From Gemmatimonadota bacterium (lineage in GTDB: Bacteria > 4572-55 > J002): a stretch of 50,755 nt of DNA. How positions within the stretch are numbered: the first letter of the stretch is position 1; each line of letters starts with the position of its first letter. Location of the stretch: the NCBI GenBank assembly GCA_003697105.1, contig RFFQ01000102.1, positions 1-50,755 of the forward strand, given 5' to 3'. This document shows positions 27,347 through 36,966 of the stretch, in pieces. The notes beneath the pieces were generated by a model. The model did not search any database, had not been told where the DNA came from, and saw only the letters and a program-made list of their open reading frames with translations. A program made the translations under genes and the position numbers.

Positions 27347-30283
27347 ATGACACCCTCTGCACTCCCCGATTTTTTAAATGACCTCCGTCCCCGTATTGCG
27401 GGTGAACTTCGCACAGACCTTTACAGCCGGTTATTTTACAGCACCGATGCCAGCATTTACCAGATGATGCCGCACGGTGTGCTGATTCCTCGTCACATGG
27501 ATGATGTACAGGCGGCGGTGGAATTGGCTCACCAGTACCGCATTCCGATTTTGCCGCGAGGGGGCGGTAGTAGCCTTGCCGGTCAAGGAGTAAATGAGGC
27601 TCTGGTCATTGATTTTACGCCGTATTTGCATCAAGTGGTGGAAATCAATCCGGCGGAGCAGTGGGTACGGGTTCAGCCGGGCATTGTGCTCGACCAACTC
27701 AACTTGCAGGTACGTTCTTACGGGCTTCAATTTGGTCCCGATCCGGCAAGTAGTAACCGTGCCACCCTCGGTGGTATTGTCGCGAACAACTCCACCGGCA
27801 GTCACTCCATTTGTTACGGTATGACCGCCGATCACGTCCTTGACCTCACCGCCATTCTCAGTGATGGCTCCATCGCTTTTTTTGATGCCATTGCCCCGGC
27901 GACGCTACCCCAACATTTACGCAAATCCGGTTTGGAAGGTGATATTTACCGGCAGATTCACCAGATCATCACCGATTATGCGGAGACGATCCGGCAGGGC
28001 ACACCCCAACATTGGCGACGGGCAGGCGGTTATAATCTGGATCGATTTATTGCGGGGGTGTCGCGCACACCCTACCAACCGGATGCGCCGCCCGCATTTA
28101 ATTTAGCCCAACTCATTTGTGGTTCAGAGGGTACTTTGGGCCTCATTAAAGAGGTCAAGCTGAATCTGGTGAAACGTCCGCACCATAAGGGGCTGGCAAT
28201 TGTCCACTTTGATGACCTATACCATGGTTTGGAAAGTGTCCCGGTGATTTTAGAGACCCAGCCCACGGCAGTCGAGTTGCTGGATCATTTTGGTTTAACC
28301 ATGTGCCGCTCCGTTCCGGCATACGCCCGGTTATTGCCGAGCTTCATTGAAGGTGACCCGCAAGGGATTCTCATCACAGAATATTACGGCGAAAATGATG
28401 CTGAATTGCGGTCTAAAGTCGATCACTTGCGTGTTCATCTAAAGCAAAACGGGGTACAGGCAACAATTGTTCCGGCGATTGACCCAGCGGTGCAAGCAAA
28501 TGTTTGGCTCGTGCGGAAGGAGAGTTTAGGGCTGGTGATGTCGCTGCGAGGTGACCACAAACCGATTCCGATGATTGAGGATATGGCAGTTCCGGTGGAG
28601 CATCTGGCGGCATACATCCAAAAGGTGGAAGCGTTTTGCCGGGAACATCATACCAAAATCGGTTATTATGCTCACGCCAGTGCCGGTTGCTTGCATGTAC
28701 GCCCGCATCTGAACACCAAATCCGCCCAAGACCTTGCCAAAATGCCCGTACTGACCCAGTTTTGTGCCGATTTAGCCGGTTCGTATGGTGGCGTGATGTC
28801 CAGTGAACATGGTGACGGGCGCGCGCGGGGGTGGCTCAACGAACGGTTTTTTGGTACAGATTTATACCAATTATTCCGGCAAGTCAAAGCCGCTTTTGAT
28901 CCCTACAATCTGATGAACCCGGGTAATGTGGTTGATGTCGGCTCCATGACCGATCATTTGCGCGTGGCAGCGCCGTACCGCCCCTTGCCCCTCACGGAAA
29001 AATTGGATTTTTCCGGCGATCAGGGTTTTGTTCGGGCAGTGGAGATGTGTAACGGATCGGGAGTGTGTCGCAAAACCACGACCGGCACGATGTGCCCCTC
29101 CTTCATGGCAACCCGTGAGGAAGAGCACAGCACCCGCGGGCGGGCAAACGCACTCCGCGCGGCGCTCACCGGTAAGATTCCGCCGGAAGAATTCACCGCC
29201 ACGCGAATGTTTCAGGTACTTGATTTATGCCTTTCGTGTAAAGCGTGTAAGTCGGAATGCCCCTCCTCAGTTGATATGGCAAAAATTAAACTGGAATTTT
29301 TAGGGCATTACTATGAACACCATCCGCTACCCTTCCGGTCGAAATTGTTTGCGGATATTCCCCGTTACAGTCGATTGAATTCAGGAATGTGGGCGCCGTT
29401 CATCAACGCCATCGGTAAAACGGGTCTTGTACGCGGTGTGATTGCCAAAGCACTCGGAATCACGCCCCAACGGAACTTGCTCGCGTTTGCTAAAGAGCCG
29501 TTTACCCGTTGGTTTGAGAAAAGACGCCGGGAGCTAGAAGCTAGAGACCCGAAACCGCAAGTCGTCCTGTTTAACGACACCTTTAATACCTACCATGATC
29601 CCCATATTGCCATTGCTGCCACGCAAGTGCTTGAAACGTTAGGGTTTACCATCCATTTGCCCCGACATTACTGTTGTGGTCGTCCGGCGCTTTCTAAAGG
29701 GCTTATTGCTCAGGCACAGCACTATGCGAACGGTACCCTTGCCGCGCTGTTGCCTTTTGCCGAACAAGGCATTCCAATTGTTGGTTTGGAGCCGAGTTGC
29801 TTGCTTTCTATGCGCGATGATTATCACTATCTATTAAAAGGGGATGATCGCGTTCAGATCGTTTCCGATCAGTGCTTTACGTTTGAAGAATTTCTCACGG
29901 AGCGGGTAAGTGCCGGTCTATTAGAGGCGGCGCTGGGGCATTATCAAATACAAAAAACGGCGCTATTGCATGGCCACTGCCACCAAAAAGCGATCACTGG
30001 AACGGAAGCGGCGCATCGATTGTTAGAAATCGCCGGGTTCACCGTAGAGGAAATTGATACCAGTTGTTGCGGTATGGCAGGATCATTTGGGTATGAGGTG
30101 GAACATTACGACATTTCCGTAAAGATGGCGGAACGGCGTTTGTTGCCGGCAATCCGTGCGATGGACGCCACTACGGTTTTAGTGGCGGCAGGGACAAGCT
30201 GCCGGCATCAAATTCAGGATTTAACCGGAAAACGGGCAAGGCATCCGGCGGAAGTCCTATGGGATGTACTGAAGACGGGTTAA
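27347..30283 (+). CDS. FAD-linked / Fe-S oxidoreductase (YdiJ-like D-2-hydroxyacid dehydrogenase, GlcD-GlcF type fusion)
   Basis: PRGGGSSLAGQ, GSEGTLG, SEHGDG, MNPG; CNGSGVC...MCPS; CLSCKACKSECP; CCG domains (CCGRP, HGHCHQ, CCGMAGSFG). Confidence 0.9.
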   Translation: MTPSALPDFLNDLRPRIAGELRTDLYSRLFYSTDASIYQMMPHGVLIPRHMDDVQAAVELAHQYRIPILPRGGGSSLAGQGVNEALVIDFTPYLHQVVEINPAEQWVRVQPGIVLDQLNLQVRSYGLQFGPDPASSNRATLGGIVANNSTGSHSICYGMTADHVLDLTAILSDGSIAFFDAIAPATLPQHLRKSGLEGDIYRQIHQIITDYAETIRQGTPQHWRRAGGYNLDRFIAGVSRTPYQPDAPPAFNLAQLICGSEGTLGLIKEVKLNLVKRPHHKGLAIVHFDDLYHGLESVPVILETQPTAVELLDHFGLTMCRSVPAYARLLPSFIEGDPQGILITEYYGENDAELRSKVDHLRVHLKQNGVQATIVPAIDPAVQANVWLVRKESLGLVMSLRGDHKPIPMIEDMAVPVEHLAAYIQKVEAFCREHHTKIGYYAHASAGCLHVRPHLNTKSAQDLAKMPVLTQFCADLAGSYGGVMSSEHGDGRARGWLNERFFGTDLYQLFRQVKAAFDPYNLMNPGNVVDVGSMTDHLRVAAPYRPLPLTEKLDFSGDQGFVRAVEMCNGSGVCRKTTTGTMCPSFMATREEEHSTRGRANALRAALTGKIPPEEFTATRMFQVLDLCLSCKACKSECPSSVDMAKIKLEFLGHYYEHHPLPFRSKLFADIPRYSRLNSGMWAPFINAIGKTGLVRGVIAKALGITPQRNLLAFAKEPFTRWFEKRRRELEARDPKPQVVLFNDTFNTYHDPHIAIAATQVLETLGFTIHLPRHYCCGRPALSKGLIAQAQHYANGTLAALLPFAEQGIPIVGLEPSCLLSMRDDYHYLLKGDDRVQIVSDQCFTFEEFLTERVSAGLLEAALGHYQIQKTALLHGHCHQKAITGTEAAHRLLEIAGFTVEEIDTSCCGMAGSFGYEVEHYDISVKMAERRLLPAIRAMDATTVLVAAGTSCRHQIQDLTGKRARHPAEVLWDVLKTG

Positions 30284-30307
30284 AAGCCATTTCGTAAACC
30301 GATTTTA

Positions 30308-30940
30308 TTAGCGAAAAGAGCCTTTCACGGCTCCCCAATCGACGGTATTGGTTCGTTGGTCCTGCCAATATTGAATTTTCCAAAAGCCGGCGTCGTCTTC
30401 AATTAACGTAAAAATGGCAATACCTTGGGCCGAGGTCTCAAACGGAGGATTCGGCTGGGGTGGTGTGAGTTCCAAGGCGTACATCCGGTATAAAATGGCA
30501 GTTCGTCCCGAAATATCATCGTCTCGGTCAGGTAACCGCGAGAAAAAAAGGGAAATTCCACCCGCTTCAATCGCTTCAAATATGGCTTGGGTGACATCCT
30601 GTTCGACCTCGAATGTCCAGTTGGTATATAAATTTCCGAGCGGACCATCACGCTCAAAGGGATCGGCTTCAAAGATGAAGGTGGTATCCAAGCATTGCTG
30701 GTAATTTTCCAGATGGCGCCCTTCATAGGCATGTTTCAGGTTTGTTAATACGATTTGCGGTGATACCGGTTGTTCCCATGTAAATGGGTCTTCATTGGGG
30801 GGCGTTGGGGTGCGGGTTTCAAAAGGATTGGAACAGGCACTAAACCCGATAATGACCAGCAACATTGGAACAAAATTCGCTTGCCTTTTCCACCATTTCA
30901 ACCTATTTTTAGCGCTCTCAATCGGGAAATTCTCATGCAT
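30308..30940 (-). CDS. Hypothetical lipoprotein (SnoaL/NTF2-like)
   Basis: Lipobox GFSA-C then NPFETR.P..P; VLTNLKHAY; WKIQYWQD. Start uncertain. Confidence 0.6.
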   Translation of the reverse strand: MHENFPIESAKNRLKWWKRQANFVPMLLVIIGFSACSNPFETRTPTPPNEDPFTWEQPVSPQIVLTNLKHAYEGRHLENYQQCLDTTFIFEADPFERDGPLGNLYTNWTFEVEQDVTQAIFEAIEAGGISLFFSRLPDRDDDISGRTAILYRMYALELTPPQPNPPFETSAQGIAIFTLIEDDAGFWKIQYWQDQRTNTVDWGAVKGSFR

Positions 30941-30969
30941 ACTTTACGTTCCTTACCGGGGGATAGGGT

Positions 30970-31566
30970 ATGGCGCTGATTAATTTTGCCCAGCGTCAAA
31001 TTATGACCAAGATTGTGTATTATGGTCCAGGGATGTCGGGCAAAACCTCCAATTTGGAATATATTTACAGCAAAGTACCAGAAGCGCAACGTAAAAAGAT
31101 GGTCTCTGTCGCTACTGAACTGGAGCGGACGATCTTCTTTGATTTTTTTCCAATGGATGTGGGCACCATTGCGGGCTTAAAAGTGATCTTTCAGTTATAT
31201 ACCGTGCCGGGGCAGGTCTATTATTCCTCTACCCGCCGGTTGGTGCTGGATGGGGCGGATGGGATCATCTTTGTGGCAGACTCCCAAGCCTTCCGCTTAC
31301 AAGCCAATATTGAAAGTTTTCGCGATTTGTATGAGAATCTTGCCAGTTATAAAGTGGATATTCGTAAGATTCCCATCATCATTCAATACAATAAGCGCGA
31401 TTTGGATACCGCGCTACCCGTTTCGGAGTTAGAAGAAAAGCTCAATTACCGCTATTTACCCTCTTTTGAAGCCACCGCACACACCGGCGAAGGTGTGTTT
31501 GAGACCCTCAAAGCGGTCACGACCCGTGTGTTAGATAATCTCCGCAAGGAATTTGACCGCAAATAA
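30970..31566 (+). CDS. mglA: MglA-family small GTPase
   Basis: KIVYYGPGMSGKTSNL, ERTIFFDF, YTVPGQVYY, DGIIFVADSQ, QYNKRDL, GEGVFETL. Confidence 0.92.
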   Translation: MALINFAQRQIMTKIVYYGPGMSGKTSNLEYIYSKVPEAQRKKMVSVATELERTIFFDFFPMDVGTIAGLKVIFQLYTVPGQVYYSSTRRLVLDGADGIIFVADSQAFRLQANIESFRDLYENLASYKVDIRKIPIIIQYNKRDLDTALPVSELEEKLNYRYLPSFEATAHTGEGVFETLKAVTTRVLDNLRKEFDRK

Positions 31567-31574
31567 ACCTATTA

Positions 31575-32426
31575 CTAAATAAACAAAATTTCCAGCACCC
31601 GTTTGATCGGATCGACGACCACCCGGAAGCGCTCACCGTGTACCATTGTTCCACCTAGATGTGCAGTTATTCCGACCAGTAGCGCACTCCCAAAGATGAG
31701 TATCCGGTACCAAAACAGACTTTTGTACCGGCTGAACCGGAGGTCTAAAAACCGGATACCCGTAGCGATGCCGATCAAAAGGGTGGAGAGAATCCCCAGA
31801 TTTTTGTGGCTATTCAGCAACTGATGCCCCCGCTCTGTGGCGTAAATCACACCGCTAGCGGAGGTCACTATCGCGGAGACAATGGCAATCCCCAATAACC
31901 CCCAAATGATGTGTTCATACCATGCTGGCGGCTGGCGGAATAAAAAGATCAACTCCAGCAGTGCCACTAAAGAGACGAAGGCAATCGGAAAATGAAGCAC
32001 CAGCAGATGAAATCGTCCGAATAAAACCACCCCAAGGGGGCGCTTTTCCTCCGGTGCCACCGGTTGCGCCGCCGTCGGAGATTGCCGCAGGGCTTCTTGT
32101 TGGGCGATCCGGTTCAGTTCTGTTCGCAAGATGAGGTAATCCAGGAGAAGGGTACGTTCTTCGGTAGTTAGCAAGTTATCTTTTTTTTTCATCATTTGAT
32201 CGATGACGTGATTCCATTCCGTATAATCATACAGATGCTTATCAACCCGATTGGCATCATGGCATTCGCTACAGCGTTCCTCCAGTATTACCGCTCCGTG
32301 ATCGGCGGCTCGTGTGAGTCGATCTGCCGGGTCGAGCTGGTTTTGGGCTATTGCCCAACTTCCGCTTAGATGGAGACTCAGGATAAGCACTCCGGCGAGC
32401 CGCCTTACACTAACGCAATGGTTCAT
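31575..32426 (-). CDS. Monoheme cytochrome c fused to DUF2231-like membrane domain
   Basis: Signal peptide; CSECH with downstream W..VIDQM; GRFHLLVLHFPIA...H...HLGGTMVHG. Confidence 0.8.
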   Translation of the reverse strand: MNHCVSVRRLAGVLILSLHLSGSWAIAQNQLDPADRLTRAADHGAVILEERCSECHDANRVDKHLYDYTEWNHVIDQMMKKKDNLLTTEERTLLLDYLILRTELNRIAQQEALRQSPTAAQPVAPEEKRPLGVVLFGRFHLLVLHFPIAFVSLVALLELIFLFRQPPAWYEHIIWGLLGIAIVSAIVTSASGVIYATERGHQLLNSHKNLGILSTLLIGIATGIRFLDLRFSRYKSLFWYRILIFGSALLVGITAHLGGTMVHGERFRVVVDPIKRVLEILFI

Positions 32427-32441
32427 GATTTCTCCTCCTTG

Positions 32442-33935
32442 TTATCTGCGCCAAAAGTCAGGGACGATGAGTACCAGCAAGGTGTAAAATTCCAGCCGCC
32501 CTAAAATCATACAAAAAGACAAAAACAATTTGCCTATGGGGGGAATAAAGGCGAAATTCATGGTGGCGCCCACCTGTGACAATCCCGGACCAATATTAAA
32601 AAGGGTTGCCGCAACCGCCGTTGTCGCCGTCGCGAGATCGTAATCAAATAAGGTCATAAAAAGCGACCCGCCCACAAAAGTGGTTATGGCAATGACAAAA
32701 AAACCAAAAATGGAACGGATAATGTCGTCCGGGATGGTCGAATTGTTTATTTTGACCGAAATAACCCGTTGCGGGCGGAATGTCTTGTAAATTTCGTAAT
32801 GAGCGGCTTTGATCAACACGATAATACGTGACACTTTGATTCCCCCAGCGGTTGACCCTGCACTGCCGCCGATGAACATCAGGCAGACTAACAGCAATTT
32901 GGAAAAGGTCGGGTAGAGGTCAAAGTCATCTGTGCCAAAACCGGTGGTGGTGATCATTGCCGTGACCTGAAATGCGGCATGACGAAAGGCTTGAAATAGG
33001 TTTTCATGGCGGAATTCCCAGATATTTAGGGCTACCAGCACTGTCGCCGCTACCACAATACCCAAATATGTCCGAAATTCGGTATCTTTGAAGATTGCCA
33101 AAGGCGACCGCCGGGTCAATGCCACATAATAGAGCGAAAAGTTGACCCCCGCCAAAAACATAAAAAGCGTGATGACTAGATCAATCGATACACTGTTAAA
33201 ATCGGCAACACTTCCGTTTTTCGTGGAAAATCCACCGGTTGCCATCGTCGCAAAGGAGTGGCAGAGTGCATCAAACCACCCCATGTCACATACCGGTGAG
33301 ATTAAAATGAGGAATTCAATGAGGGTCAATCCCACGTAAATACGCCATAGTACCGTTGATGTCTCCTTGATTTTCGGTTTCAGCCCTTCGGTGATGGGTC
33401 CCGGGACTTCTGAACGGAAGAGATGCTTTGCTCCCACCCCAAGTTGCGGAAAAATTGCAATAAATAGGACGATGATACCCATCCCACCCAGCCAGTGGGT
33501 CAAGCTACGCCAATAATGTAACCCGTGTGATAGCTTTTCAATTTCGGTTGTCAAGACAGGGTCTAGCACGGTCGATCCGGTTGTAGTAAAGCCGGAAATC
33601 GTCTCGAAAAAGGCATCCGTGTAGTTGTGAAATAACCCGTAGCGAAAGAATACGCCATCATACAAGTACGGTAGTGCCCCGAATACGCCGATTAATATCC
33701 AGCTTAAACTCACCACAACTAATGCTTCTCGCCGAGAGATGGTGGCATGTGCATATCTTCGCCCGATAAAGAAAAGGATGCCGCCGGCGGTCAAGGTGAT
33801 AAATACAGCGTTCAGGAGGGCGTACGTGGTGTCGCGTTCGTTGAAAAGCTCGCTGAAAAAGATCGAGGTGGACATTGCCCCGGAAAGGACGATCAATAAC
33901 ACACCCAGAAGACGGGAGATGATGTGATAATTCAT
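32442..33935 (-). CDS. trkH: Trk potassium uptake membrane protein
   Basis: FETISGFTTTG, WLGGMGII, ATGGFS, TTTGF, GSTAGGIK, NIGPG, GRLEF; start at ATG 33935. Confidence 0.95.
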   Translation of the reverse strand: MNYHIISRLLGVLLIVLSGAMSTSIFFSELFNERDTTYALLNAVFITLTAGGILFFIGRRYAHATISRREALVVVSLSWILIGVFGALPYLYDGVFFRYGLFHNYTDAFFETISGFTTTGSTVLDPVLTTEIEKLSHGLHYWRSLTHWLGGMGIIVLFIAIFPQLGVGAKHLFRSEVPGPITEGLKPKIKETSTVLWRIYVGLTLIEFLILISPVCDMGWFDALCHSFATMATGGFSTKNGSVADFNSVSIDLVITLFMFLAGVNFSLYYVALTRRSPLAIFKDTEFRTYLGIVVAATVLVALNIWEFRHENLFQAFRHAAFQVTAMITTTGFGTDDFDLYPTFSKLLLVCLMFIGGSAGSTAGGIKVSRIIVLIKAAHYEIYKTFRPQRVISVKINNSTIPDDIIRSIFGFFVIAITTFVGGSLFMTLFDYDLATATTAVAATLFNIGPGLSQVGATMNFAFIPPIGKLFLSFCMILGRLEFYTLLVLIVPDFWRR

Positions 33936-33978
33936 GAGTTCGTAAATATGGGGGGGTTGGGAAAACGTGAGGGATGGT

Positions 33979-35340
33979 TCATAACGAGAATGCTTTTTTC
34001 TTGAATAGCTTTTCAATGGACGGGCGAACTTCCGGGGTGGTAAAAATCACGATGGAATGGCTGGGCTTGATCACGTCATTCCCATCGGGTACAAAGACCC
34101 CATCGGCACCGGCAATCACGCCAATCACGGCGCCTCGCGGGAAATTGATGTGCCGCAGGGGACTGTTTGCCAACTTGCTATTGGCAGGTACGAGAAATTC
34201 CAGTACTTCCCCTTTGCCGTCGGCAATAATCGACATGGAAATCACTTCGCCCTCCCGAACGTACTTCAAGATGTGGTTTGCGGCCAACAGACGCGGGCTG
34301 ATCGTGGCATCGATTCCCAATTGTTCATAAATTGGTACATAATCGGGGCGGTTGACCCGTGCGATGGTCTTTTTGGCACCTAATTGGCGGGCGAGCAACC
34401 CCGACATCAAATTGACTTCGTCATAGGAACTGGCGGCGACAAACACGTCACAAACATCAATATCGTATTCCCGTAGAAGGTCAAGATTTGTACCATCTCC
34501 ATTGATAATACGGACGTTTTTGCCCAAAGTGGCTGCCAGTTCCTCGCATCGTTCGCGGTTGTGGTCAATTAGCTTGATCTCGATCGGTTCATTTTCGAGT
34601 GAGCGAGCGATGGAAGCGCCGATCTGTCCGCCGCCGACAATCACGAGCCGGCGCACCTCTCCCCGGCGGGACGCACCAAAAATCCGTTCAATACGGGGCA
34701 TACTCTCGGTTTTACCGATCACAAACACATCATCATCCGGTAGAATCATATCATTTCCACCGGGGATGATCAGCTCGTCATTGCGCAGGATGCCCACAAT
34801 CAAGCAATCTTCCGGTAGGGAAACATCCTTCAGTAATTTATTAATAATTTTGAGGTTAGCGGTGATCGGGAATTGGATCACCTCTACCCGATTATCGGCA
34901 AAGGTTTGTACCGTAATGGCGCCCATACTCCGTACTAACCGGTTGATTTCAATCGCGGTCAAAATTTCCGGTGCGAGCAGCAGATCAATCCCTAAATAGT
35001 CATAATACACCCCCCGATTTCCTTCCAGATAATCCGAACCGGATACCCGGGCAATGGCTTTGCGGGCTCCCAACTGTTTGGCGGTCAGGCTGGCAAGCAT
35101 GTTGACCTCGTCATCACTGGTGGCGGCAACCAGCAGATCCGCCTGGTGGACGTTTGCCGCCTGTAACACTTTGGGACTGCAACCGTGCCCGTGCAGTGCC
35201 ATCACATCCATGCGTTCTTCCGCTTTGGCAAGCGCTTCACTGTGGTTGTCGATGATCGTCACATTGTGACCTTCCCCCGCAAGCACCGTACTCAGATGTT
35301 TGCCGACTTCACCCATGCCAATGACGATTACGTTATTCAT
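33979..35340 (-). CDS. trkA: Trk potassium uptake regulatory subunit
   Basis: Two RCK/NAD-binding units (GMGEVG, GGGQIG), DEVNML, GDGT, ISPR. Confidence 0.95.
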   Translation of the reverse strand: MNNVIVIGMGEVGKHLSTVLAGEGHNVTIIDNHSEALAKAEERMDVMALHGHGCSPKVLQAANVHQADLLVAATSDDEVNMLASLTAKQLGARKAIARVSGSDYLEGNRGVYYDYLGIDLLLAPEILTAIEINRLVRSMGAITVQTFADNRVEVIQFPITANLKIINKLLKDVSLPEDCLIVGILRNDELIIPGGNDMILPDDDVFVIGKTESMPRIERIFGASRRGEVRRLVIVGGGQIGASIARSLENEPIEIKLIDHNRERCEELAATLGKNVRIINGDGTNLDLLREYDIDVCDVFVAASSYDEVNLMSGLLARQLGAKKTIARVNRPDYVPIYEQLGIDATISPRLLAANHILKYVREGEVISMSIIADGKGEVLEFLVPANSKLANSPLRHINFPRGAVIGVIAGADGVFVPDGNDVIKPSHSIVIFTTPEVRPSIEKLFKKKAFSL

Positions 35341-35352
35341 GGTTGCCTCAAT

Positions 35353-36447
35353 TTACAGGGATTCTGCTTTTTCAAATGCCTCCGCTGCTTTTTCCGCGTC
35401 GCCCATTTTACGGTAGATATTGCCCATCAATTGGTAGGCCTCTTTGTAAGTGTTATCAATGGAAATTGCCTCTGATACGGCATTTAGGGCATCTGCCAAC
35501 TGATTTTGGTGAAGATACAAGTGGGCGAGCTGGTAATGGCTAATTTTGTCCGTGGGATCGCTTTGTATGGCTTTTTGATATGCTGTAATTGCTTGATCAT
35601 ACTCTTCTAACCATGTGGCACTGGCGCCGATACCCTGCCATGCCTTCCCATTCATGGGGGCAATGTTGGTGATGGCAGTATAATGAGCGATAGCACTTTG
35701 ATAATCGCCCTGTCGCTGTTCACAATTGGCTAGATCAAATAGTGTCGAGATCGAGAACGGATTGAGGTCGATCAGTTCCTTCAAGATGGGAATAGCGGCT
35801 TCACAATTTCCTTGTGCCAGATACGCTTTCGCCAATTTTTCACGGATTTTCGCATCGTTGGGGCGCAGTTCCATTACTTTTTGATAACTCGCGACGGCTT
35901 TATCGTACTCATGGGTCCGATTATAAAATTCTGCCAGCAGTTCATACCATTGGGGATTATCACTATCCGTTTGGGTCATCCGTTCCAACTGGTTTTTGGC
36001 TTCATCCGCCATGTTCAATTCTACGTAGGCGGCGGTGAGGTAGCGGTTTGCATCTTTATGATGGGGATCGAGCGCGACGGCTTTTTTTGCTAAATTGAGG
36101 ACTTCTGAATAGTTACCCTGCTCGGCATATTCATCTGCTTGATTGAGGTAGATGCGGATTTTGTAAGGGGTGATCAAAGCGTGCCAGAATTCTTCTTTGC
36201 TTGGATCAATGTGTGCTTCGGCTTGCTCAAAATATGCTAGTGCATTGGCATCATCTCCGTTGCGGTAATAGGCGCACGCTGTATAAAACAGCCCTTCACT
36301 GGATGTTAGATGAGAAAATTCCTCGATTGCGGTTTCAAAATCACCGGAGTTATACGCATATTGACCCCGTTCCAAGGCTTTGTTGGCACATCCACTCAGG
36401 GTAAGGCTGATCCAGCACATCAATGTAACCGGTAATACCGTTTTCAT
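35353..36447 (-). CDS. TPR-repeat lipoprotein
   Basis: Start at ATG 36447 (SD GAGG); lipobox LSG-C; multiple TPRs. Confidence 0.8.
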   Translation of the reverse strand: MKTVLPVTLMCWISLTLSGCANKALERGQYAYNSGDFETAIEEFSHLTSSEGLFYTACAYYRNGDDANALAYFEQAEAHIDPSKEEFWHALITPYKIRIYLNQADEYAEQGNYSEVLNLAKKAVALDPHHKDANRYLTAAYVELNMADEAKNQLERMTQTDSDNPQWYELLAEFYNRTHEYDKAVASYQKVMELRPNDAKIREKLAKAYLAQGNCEAAIPILKELIDLNPFSISTLFDLANCEQRQGDYQSAIAHYTAITNIAPMNGKAWQGIGASATWLEEYDQAITAYQKAIQSDPTDKISHYQLAHLYLHQNQLADALNAVSEAISIDNTYKEAYQLMGNIYRKMGDAEKAAEAFEKAESL

Positions 36448-36471
36448 ATATCGTAACCTCAATTTACGTGT

Positions 36472-36657
36472 TAAAAAAATAAAACCCCGTGAAGACGATC
36501 CGGGGTGGGGTTTGAAGGCGGGGAAGCGGGCAACATCACTCCTGCGATGGGTAAAATAGTATAAAGCCAAAAGCTGAGCAAGTGAAAAATCGGCTCGTCT
36601 TCTCTCCATTCCCGAAGCGGGCGCTACGGCGAGGATAACATGCCCAACATCCGTTTG
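36472..36657 (-). ncRNA. Candidate structured RNA (6S-like rod or attenuator leader)
   Basis: Closing stem 36629-36645 / 36528-36545 (G-U pairs favour the minus strand), central bubble, apical stem AUGGAG/CUUUAU, AGAAG/CUUUU, GAGC/GCUC, then an intrinsic terminator. Confidence 0.4.
36473..36506 (-). terminator. Intrinsic terminator just upstream of the TPR-trkA-trkH genes
   Basis: ACCCCG-gatcgtcttca-CGGGGT followed by TTTATTTTTTT on the minus strand. Confidence 0.7.
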
Positions 36658-36702
36658 TAAGGTGAATATCCTCATATAGTTACGCCTATAATCAGAAATA
36701 TC

Positions 36703-36731
36703 TTGACGAACCGGATTCTCTCTGGTATCAT
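36703..36731 (+). promoter_or_regulatory. Sigma70 promoter with extended -10
   Basis: TTGACG, 17 nt spacer ending TGG, TATCAT; 50 nt upstream of ATG 36781. Confidence 0.65.
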
Positions 36732-36780
36732 AAGCCCCGGTAAATAATCAACCTATTCATTTGGTTCGCATGAGGTCATT

Positions 36781-36966
36781 ATGATACTAGGCGGTACGCC
36801 CCTGCGCGGTAAGATTATCGGCTCGGTGCTGGGTTTGGCGTGTGGGATCAGTTATCTGGCTTTTGGATTTTGGGATACCCTGATTTTATTCATGTTGATG
36901 GGTATTGGTTTTTTCATTGGAAAATTCTATGATGACCGGGCGGAGATTTTCACCGATGAAGATTGA
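36781..36966 (+). CDS. Small membrane protein (DUF2273-like)
   Basis: RGKIIG..LGL...FGFWDTL...IGFFIGK..D pattern; SD GAGG. Confidence 0.7.
   Translation: MILGGTPLRGKIIGSVLGLACGISYLAFGFWDTLILFMLMGIGFFIGKFYDDRAEIFTDED

Noticed and set aside
14992-32189. Homopolymer runs (G7 in the PorV-like gene and cheR, A9 in the cytochrome gene) as phase-variation sites
   Set aside because: The runs are short, frames are intact, and they encode ordinary Gly/Lys codons.
36448-36675. 76-aa N-terminal extension of the TPR protein in the ORF track
   Set aside because: The lipoprotein signal and SD fit ATG 36447, and the extension crosses a terminator hairpin.
36472-36680. c-di-AMP (ydaO), M-box or fluoride riboswitch upstream of trk
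   Set aside because: The conserved sequence motifs of these classes are not visible; kept only as an unclassified structured RNA.
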